From Eubacterium sp. (GTDB taxonomy: Bacteria > Bacillota > Clostridia > Oscillospirales > Acutalibacteraceae): 64,000 nt of DNA. Shown here in pieces: positions 58,801 through 64,000 of this stretch. Location: positions 2,039 through 66,038 of the forward strand of contig JBNMGQ010000001.1 of the NCBI GenBank assembly GCA_050872345.1. The letters are read 5' to 3'. The notes beneath the pieces were generated by a model. It did not search any database. It saw only the letters and a list, made by a program, of their open reading frames with translations, and had not been told where the DNA came from. The translations under genes and the position numbers were made by a program. How positions within the stretch are numbered: the first letter of the stretch is position 1; each line of letters opens with the position of its first letter.

Positions 58801-61035
58801 ACAGTCGTGTGCCAAGTAAGTGAAGGCAGTACATATGATGACTGTGGTGCAGTTCTTCTTTACAAAGGCAAAGTTATAGTTACTCATTCCGTATCACAAA
58901 CCGAAAGTAATCAATATCTTATGAGCTACAAATTACCTGCAAGCTTTGAGGACAGGTCATTAAAGGTTAAGGCTTATGTTGAAAAAGACTCGCAAAGATA
59001 TTATTCAAACGAAGTTGAATTTACCGTACCGGGTGATTCATCAAGCGTTGAAATTTCTAAAAGTCAAATGGCTTTAACATATAATTTAAACGGCAACGCT
59101 TATTCGATAGAGCAAAACGGCAACAGTCTTTTAAAAGATGTTAACGCAACTTTCAAGCTTGGCAATACCGACATAAGCTTGGCAGATTACAGCTATTCTT
59201 CTCATTCAAGCGTTAATTTCAACGACGCACTCGGTTACGGCACAATGCTCACTGTGAATTTGAAAGCAAAGCAAAGCAGTAATCCAAATGTCACTCAAAT
59301 TTTTAAGGTTTATGACCAAAAGCCTTTTGTTACAACAAAGCTTATCATCAAATCAACAAACAATGAAAACATTGAAAGTAACTACATTTGCCCTGTTTTT
59401 GTTGACAAACTTTCGTCTATCAACTCGGGCAGTCAGCCATGGGCACAATTTTTAAAAGTTCCGTTTGATAATGACGGTTGGGTAAAATTTGAAAATGCTG
59501 CTATCAAGCAATCAAATTCAGGCACAAGCCACGAAGTTACTGCAATATATGACGCAGAAAACAAAAAAGGCTTTATTCTCGGTTCTCTCAACCACGACAC
59601 TTGGAAAACAGGAATCGACTTTGTTTCAGGTGACAGTGGCATAACCTCATTAAAGGTTTACGGTGGTGCAGGCGACACTCTTACCCGTGGTGAAACTACA
59701 CACGGTACTGTTAAGTCAACCGAAATTTCATCACCTGAAATGTTCATCGGAAATTATGCCGATTGGCAAGACGGTCTTAACGAATATGCAAAATCAAACG
59801 AGCTTATCACTCCGTCAAAATCAACTTGTGATGACGGCGTACCTTTCGGCTGGAACAGTTGGGGTGCTGTTCAAACAAACCTTAACTATAACACGGCTGT
59901 AGGTATTTCCGACTACATTGCAAGCAATCTTCAATCGTCATGGCAAAAGGACAACGATGTGCCTGTTTATGTTGACCTTGATTCATATTGGGATATGCTC
60001 AGCGATGACGAACTTAAAAATTTTGCACAGCACTGCAAAGCAAACAATCAAAAGCCTGGTATATATTGGGCGCCGTTCGTAACATGGTACGGTACAAGTG
60101 AACTCGGAAACACAGTTCCGGGTACTGACGGTAAAGCTAAGTTTGAAGATATTGTACTTAAAAAATATGACGGTTCGCTTTACGGCAACGAGCTTGACGG
60201 ATGTATTCCACTTGATGTAACAAACCCATACACGAAAATGTACATTAAAGACAGACTCGAAAAATTCAAAAGCTGGGGCTACGAATACATAAAGCTCGAC
60301 TTTCTTGTACACGGTTCGCTTGAAGGTATCCACTACGACAGCAATGTTCAAACCGGTATTCAGGCTTACAATATGGGTATGTCGTTTGTAAACGACATTA
60401 TCGGCGACTCAATGTTTATTAACCTTGCTATGTCGCCTACCTTCCCACATCAGTATTCAAACGGACGAAGAATTTCGTGCGATGTTTACTATTCAACAAG
60501 TGAAACCGAATATGCGCTCAACGCACTTACCTATGGCTTTTGGGAAAAGGAAATTTACAAATATCCTGACCCGGACCACACACTCGTTTGGGGCAAGGAC
60601 GGTAAAGCAAGCGAAGCAGAGGCAAGAAGTCAGGTTACACTCGGTGCAATTTGCGGAACAACATTTATGATGGGTGACGATTTCGTATCAAACACATCAA
60701 GCAATGCACAAAACAGATTTTCAAACTTCCTTAAAAATGATAAAATAATTGCCCTTGCCAAAACCGGCAAAACATTCACTCCGATAGTAAACGGCAATTA
60801 CGATTCATCATCAAATATTTACAAACTTGAAGCAAACGGTAAAATTTACTATGCCGTATTCAACTTCAGAACATCTAACACCGTTCTTAGACCAAGCGAC
60901 AGTTTCACTCTTCCTCTTGACGGAGATTATACTTATACTACTCTTTGGGGCAACAGCAGTGGCGAAGCAAACGGCAACCTTACAATTAATCTTAATGCCA
61001 AAGATGCTGAAGTTTACGAATTTGTAAAGAAATAA
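55801..61035 (+). CDS. Large secreted multidomain protein with C-terminal alpha-galactosidase-like (GH27/GH36 clan) domain
   Basis: Signal peptide; LamG-like N-terminal region; FIVAR-like helices; PFGWNSWG, DLDSYW, GYEYIKLDF, RISCD, DPDH. Confidence 0.8.
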   Translation: MKGKKLIAVFLCILMLATSIAIPSSIVLGKSSSLFNFECKNAVNDNGTYKVNDSNGTLSFGTWSNITVNSDNLYNQNGYGFANINSLKGKDEYRIEFKVKKDGNEAVTAALFSMGTNNSTSANITSDNTTDIIQYHIDGRLYVAGNDKGYITATPQDTLAYYTLLFDKNNITITLNGQVIYTQELDSDEISLFENASYIGWGTQATGKNNYGYYTGNINCSYYYLRAYEEGNFSETVNQITVDPVVYTHGYYDGTNDFMMYGTQIADGSNALEQKTKFYLPQGAVLKDIYCYDNENVGYTYADNSYCLSGSFSQDKYNAKDSSSQYVTVRFDYTLGQNEYYEYHRINVKTNPVPVHASIYAQAYTNITVRNKRVVSFETVALGSDIDNSTSTKTAAWSGSVSHSDEANNWNILSPFSSSHPGETSNNGTLVKALIGNTLSSPVNKNSGFAVTGTSTGNADIGMYTKTAKYYVDKSYDSILGAKHTAGSNDYYIEMKTENIYQTFDTSATGINVVQHQSWNGRFNVSGTTLGDNSWDKNNNASETVKLSAKVSDGSKDDEYWAAGYHGNSTKSAKATTIIPISVTVFDKTDARNALSKYSTNISSKKYESVSWRVYRNAYLALEEQLANYEISNVDTKYITDLGSAYNNLTQLSCDYSALNAILSQCKNALDNKNIFKQTTDLEALYNETTNKAFDSNGDETIVNQSEVDALTANLIMQYTETVLNRQNVDITLRIFVDGALTDTQKYSAQYGKEFTLDASSYLSDSSLSVAKWSEGKITLATNQNTYSFTTYSKHNIDCYISKEVQENDQKEITLLNRDGTFNTKLYLNGDTTLYNAVEACRSYSKSLLNYKLTSWLVNGNANYSKDTKIGTLDKIVITPIYTPGADFTVVINSSSQSYSFDDPAYVESNDNDFLFWALKYDDSYYRLVSYSNEYHFYVSGNMTLVAVTRNNFDSYKNKVINCPTLDEISEKKPIASIRGIAEDSNSLNGIGYDKENHKFTVVCQVSEGSTYDDCGAVLLYKGKVIVTHSVSQTESNQYLMSYKLPASFEDRSLKVKAYVEKDSQRYYSNEVEFTVPGDSSSVEISKSQMALTYNLNGNAYSIEQNGNSLLKDVNATFKLGNTDISLADYSYSSHSSVNFNDALGYGTMLTVNLKAKQSSNPNVTQIFKVYDQKPFVTTKLIIKSTNNENIESNYICPVFVDKLSSINSGSQPWAQFLKVPFDNDGWVKFENAAIKQSNSGTSHEVTAIYDAENKKGFILGSLNHDTWKTGIDFVSGDSGITSLKVYGGAGDTLTRGETTHGTVKSTEISSPEMFIGNYADWQDGLNEYAKSNELITPSKSTCDDGVPFGWNSWGAVQTNLNYNTAVGISDYIASNLQSSWQKDNDVPVYVDLDSYWDMLSDDELKNFAQHCKANNQKPGIYWAPFVTWYGTSELGNTVPGTDGKAKFEDIVLKKYDGSLYGNELDGCIPLDVTNPYTKMYIKDRLEKFKSWGYEYIKLDFLVHGSLEGIHYDSNVQTGIQAYNMGMSFVNDIIGDSMFINLAMSPTFPHQYSNGRRISCDVYYSTSETEYALNALTYGFWEKEIYKYPDPDHTLVWGKDGKASEAEARSQVTLGAICGTTFMMGDDFVSNTSSNAQNRFSNFLKNDKIIALAKTGKTFTPIVNGNYDSSSNIYKLEANGKIYYAVFNFRTSNTVLRPSDSFTLPLDGDYTYTTLWGNSSGEANGNLTINLNAKDAEVYEFVKK

Positions 61036-61049
61036 GATTGGAGAAAGAA

Positions 61050-61178
61050 ATGAAGAAAATTTATAATGCTCCGATTGTTGAAATTGAAAAGTTTGAAATT
61101 TTTAATATACTCACAACATCAGGAGGACAAAACGGAAACGACACCGAAACAGATTTAGAATTTTTTGATGAATTTTAA
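61050..61178 (+). CDS. 42-aa peptide with YxxP leader motif (not in ORF track)
   Basis: MKKIYNAPIVEIEKFEIFNILTTSGGQNGNDTETDLEFFDEF; RBS GGAGA; fills the gap between the big gene and its terminator. Confidence 0.7.
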   Translation: MKKIYNAPIVEIEKFEIFNILTTSGGQNGNDTETDLEFFDEF

Positions 61179-61187
61179 CAAATCTAA

Positions 61188-61229
61188 AAAAACAAGAACT
61201 GCGTCAAATTCGGCGCAGTTCTTGTTTTT
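61188..61229. terminator. Bidirectional terminator
   Basis: AAAAACAAGAACTGCG…CGCAGTTCTTGTTTTT. Confidence 0.85.
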
Positions 61230-61246
61230 GTTTTATTATAAATGAC

Positions 61247-62167
61247 TTAGAGCCATTCTTTGATTTGTTCAGGGTTACGGAAAATTTCGTTAAGCTTTTC
61301 CATAAACGGTTTTACATCGCCAAGGTCAAATGCACGGTGGTCAAAAGCAATTGTAAGTGGCAATGTTGCGCCGGCTTTAACTTCGCCGTTTTCATCAATA
61401 ATCGGTTTCTTTTGAATAGAGCCGATAGCGATTGCGCAAGTTTGTGGTGGAATGATTTCAAGAAGAGTGCACACACCGTTCCAATCACGGCAGATTGAAC
61501 CGAGATTTGAAATTGTAATTGTACCCTGCTCAATATCGTGCTTTGTAAGTCTGTCTGTTTCAGGAATTGAATAGTAATCTTTTTTAGCTTTACCCTTTAA
61601 AGTTTTAACCTTATGCTTACCTGTTTTTGAACCGATAAGTCGACAAACGGTTTGTGCAATTTTGCCTTGCTTAAGTCCTGTCAAAGTATTGTCGAGTGAT
61701 ACCTCAAACATAACTTCGTTCAAGTCTGTATTATTTGCACGACGAACAGTATCCTTGATTGAATCTCTCATTTGGCTCATACTTTTCTTTTCCATATCGT
61801 GAATATTGAGCGTCATCATTTCACCGTTTTTAAGAACGGTCGGCATTGAAATGTTAATCTCTTTGAAAGTTTTAACTTCGCCACGAACAAGCTTACGGTT
61901 GAAATAAATATGTGAATTAATTTCAGGGCAAGCCTTGATTGCTTCAACAATAACTCTGAGCATTGCAGTATTAATTGTAATTTTTTCTTCAGGCGAAATT
62001 GTTGAGTTTATCTCTTTGAGCACCTTTAAAAATTCTGTTACTTCAGGTTCATATGTTGCTGCACAGTGTGGAATTGTTTCCCAGCTTTCTGCTGTCATAT
62101 TTGAAACTATTTTTCTTGCGATACCGAAATGTTCGTCTTTGATTGGTGTTAATGTTTGCTTAGCCAT
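61247..62167 (-). CDS. 2-oxoacid dehydrogenase E2-type acyltransferase catalytic domain (stand-alone)
   Basis: RKIVSNMTAESWETIPH, GTITISNLGS, LTIAFDHR; no lipoyl domain. Confidence 0.82.
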   Translation of the reverse strand: MAKQTLTPIKDEHFGIARKIVSNMTAESWETIPHCAATYEPEVTEFLKVLKEINSTISPEEKITINTAMLRVIVEAIKACPEINSHIYFNRKLVRGEVKTFKEINISMPTVLKNGEMMTLNIHDMEKKSMSQMRDSIKDTVRRANNTDLNEVMFEVSLDNTLTGLKQGKIAQTVCRLIGSKTGKHKVKTLKGKAKKDYYSIPETDRLTKHDIEQGTITISNLGSICRDWNGVCTLLEIIPPQTCAIAIGSIQKKPIIDENGEVKAGATLPLTIAFDHRAFDLGDVKPFMEKLNEIFRNPEQIKEWL

Positions 62168-62388
62168 AATTTTTTTCTCCTTTATATATAAATGTAATAT
62201 TGATAATTTTTCGATTTTGTTTGAGCCGTTTTCCTCTCGACTACGATTGTAATTTTACCACCGTTTTTCATCAAAATCTATAAACCACGCTTTACATTTT
62301 CGCTCGCAACCACCGGTTGCATCCCTTTATTTAAGCCACTTTCAGCCGTTTTGTTGAAAAATCGATATAAAAGATGTATAATTTATTT

Positions 62389-62874
62389 ATGGAAAATAAA
62401 AAGATAAGAAAACCATTAAGATTAAAAGATTTTGATTATTCGTGTGACGGTGCATATTTCATAACTATATGTTCAAAAGACAGAAAACAGATTTTTTCAA
62501 GAGTTGTCAAATCAGAGAATATCGTAGGGGCGAACATTGTTCGCCTATCAAATATCGGTAAAATTGTTGAACAAGATATTTTAAATATCAAAAAAATTTA
62601 TCCTTGCGTTAACATTATGAATTATATAATTATGCCGAATCACATACATATGATTTTAATGATTGACACCAAAGGGCAAACAATGTTTGCCCCTACGATC
62701 ACTCGTGTCATTAAACAGTTCAAAGGAGCAGTAACGAAACAGGTTGGCTCATCAATATGGCAAAGAAATTTTTACGACCACATTATCCGTGACGAAAACG
62801 ACCTGATAACAAAGATGGAATACATTACCTCGAACCCTGAAAAATGGGAAGAGGACGAATATTATTTAAACTAA
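62389..62874 (+). CDS. REP-associated tyrosine transposase (RAYT, IS200-like HUH)
   Basis: RLKDFDY…GAYFITIC, MPNHIH (HUH), WQRNFYDHIIR, YITSNP. Confidence 0.92.
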   Translation: MENKKIRKPLRLKDFDYSCDGAYFITICSKDRKQIFSRVVKSENIVGANIVRLSNIGKIVEQDILNIKKIYPCVNIMNYIIMPNHIHMILMIDTKGQTMFAPTITRVIKQFKGAVTKQVGSSIWQRNFYDHIIRDENDLITKMEYITSNPEKWEEDEYYLN

Positions 62875-62893
62875 AACGAAAGGTGTAAAATTT

Positions 62894-64000
62894 ATGGAAT
62901 GGGAATTTAATTTGCCGGTTAAATTAATTTTCGGCAACGGCAAAAGAAAAGAAATTGAAAAATACATTGATGAAATAGGTGGCACAAACGGTGTGCTTGT
63001 TTGTGGCAAAAGTTTCACGAAAAACGGTGTTGCCGACGAATTTGTAAAAATGAGTGGTGGCAAAATCAAAAAGATTTTCAGCGATGTACGACCTAATCCG
63101 ACAACGGACAATGTTGACGATTGCGTAAAAATTATGCGTGAAATTAATGCCGATTTTGCCGTTGCGCTCGGTGGTGGTTCACCTATGGATTGTTGCAAAG
63201 CTGCGTCGGCAATTGCAAAAGGCGACGATAAAATCAGGTCGTACCACAGCGAGGGCAAGGCTGTTAATTCGGCAGAAGCAATTCCTATGATTGCAGTCAC
63301 AACAACCTCCGGCACGGCAAGTGAAGTTACCAACATTTCCGTTTTAACCGATGTTGAAAAAAATCTTAAAAACCCTATGAATGACCCTGCAATGTATCCG
63401 AAAATTGCAATCATCGACCCTGAGCTTACGCTTACCGTTCCACCTCAGGTTACTGCTTCAACAGGTCTTGATGTTCTTGCTCACGCAGTTGAAAGCTACT
63501 GGGCAACAATTCATCAACCCATCTGTTCGGCGTGCTCGATTTATGCTGCAAGGCTTGTTTTTGACTGGCTTGAAAAAGCGTACAACAACCCTGACGATTT
63601 AGAGGCTCGTGAAAAAATGGCAGAAGCTTCAATCGTTGCCGGTGTTGCGTTCAGCCACCCGAGAACTACAGGTTCCCACGCCTGCTCGTTCCCACTTACA
63701 AATATTTACGGCGTTCCTCACGGCGAAGCTTGTGCGTTTACTCTTGATTATTTTCTTAAATTCAATGCAAAATATGCCGACGAAAACGGAAGAATAAAAG
63801 CACTCGCAAAAGACTGTGGCTTTGACTCACCTGAGGCAATGGCTGATGAAATTACTGCTATGAAGAAAAGAATGGGTATGAGATGCACACTTTCCGAAAT
63901 CGGTTGCACAACAGATGAACAGATTGAAGAACTTACAAAAAAGAGTATGTCAATGCTTATGACCCGAAATCCGATTACCCTTACCGAGGATAATATCAGA
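62894..64000 (+). CDS. Iron-containing alcohol dehydrogenase (truncated at window edge, not in ORF track)
   Basis: MEWEFNLPVKLIFGNG…PNP…ALGGGSPMD…TTSGTASEVT…DVLAHAVES…VPHGEA. Confidence 0.92.
   Translation, partial: MEWEFNLPVKLIFGNGKRKEIEKYIDEIGGTNGVLVCGKSFTKNGVADEFVKMSGGKIKKIFSDVRPNPTTDNVDDCVKIMREINADFAVALGGGSPMDCCKAASAIAKGDDKIRSYHSEGKAVNSAEAIPMIAVTTTSGTASEVTNISVLTDVEKNLKNPMNDPAMYPKIAIIDPELTLTVPPQVTASTGLDVLAHAVESYWATIHQPICSACSIYAARLVFDWLEKAYNNPDDLEAREKMAEASIVAGVAFSHPRTTGSHACSFPLTNIYGVPHGEACAFTLDYFLKFNAKYADENGRIKALAKDCGFDSPEAMADEITAMKKRMGMRCTLSEIGCTTDEQIEELTKKSMSMLMTRNPITLTEDNIR

Noticed and set aside
62866-63797. Short ORF-track entries in this region
   Set aside because: Shadow frames of the + strand Fe-alcohol dehydrogenase starting at 62894.

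Overview
Low-GC Firmicute (Clostridia-like) chromosomal window. The main result is that the sporulation gene spoVAD is split in two. Its 5' part (55570..54954, minus strand) and its 3' part (1261..866, minus strand) are separated by a 53,703-bp insert bounded by an 11-bp direct repeat, GCAGGTGCCAT (1251..1261 and 54954..54964). Recombination at this repeat restores an in-frame 333-aa SpoVAD (…NMGAAMAPAAARTI…). The flanking arms have the geometry of large-serine-recombinase attP/attB sites. The insert holds a ~24.5-kb Wzx/Wzy polysaccharide cluster with a structured leader and a central module of iteron-like repeats, a wHTH protein, a DUF6870-like protein and a large serine recombinase. It also carries several toxin-antitoxin/Fic/HipA genes, pdxST, and sugar, sulfatase and transport genes. 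I recognise no phage or conjugation genes in it. Outside the insert are a second capD-like gene (left edge), a giant secreted alpha-galactosidase-like protein followed by a YxxP small peptide, a stand-alone E2 acyltransferase domain, a REP-associated tyrosine transposase and an Fe-alcohol dehydrogenase. All product calls come from motif recognition by eye; no database searches were run.
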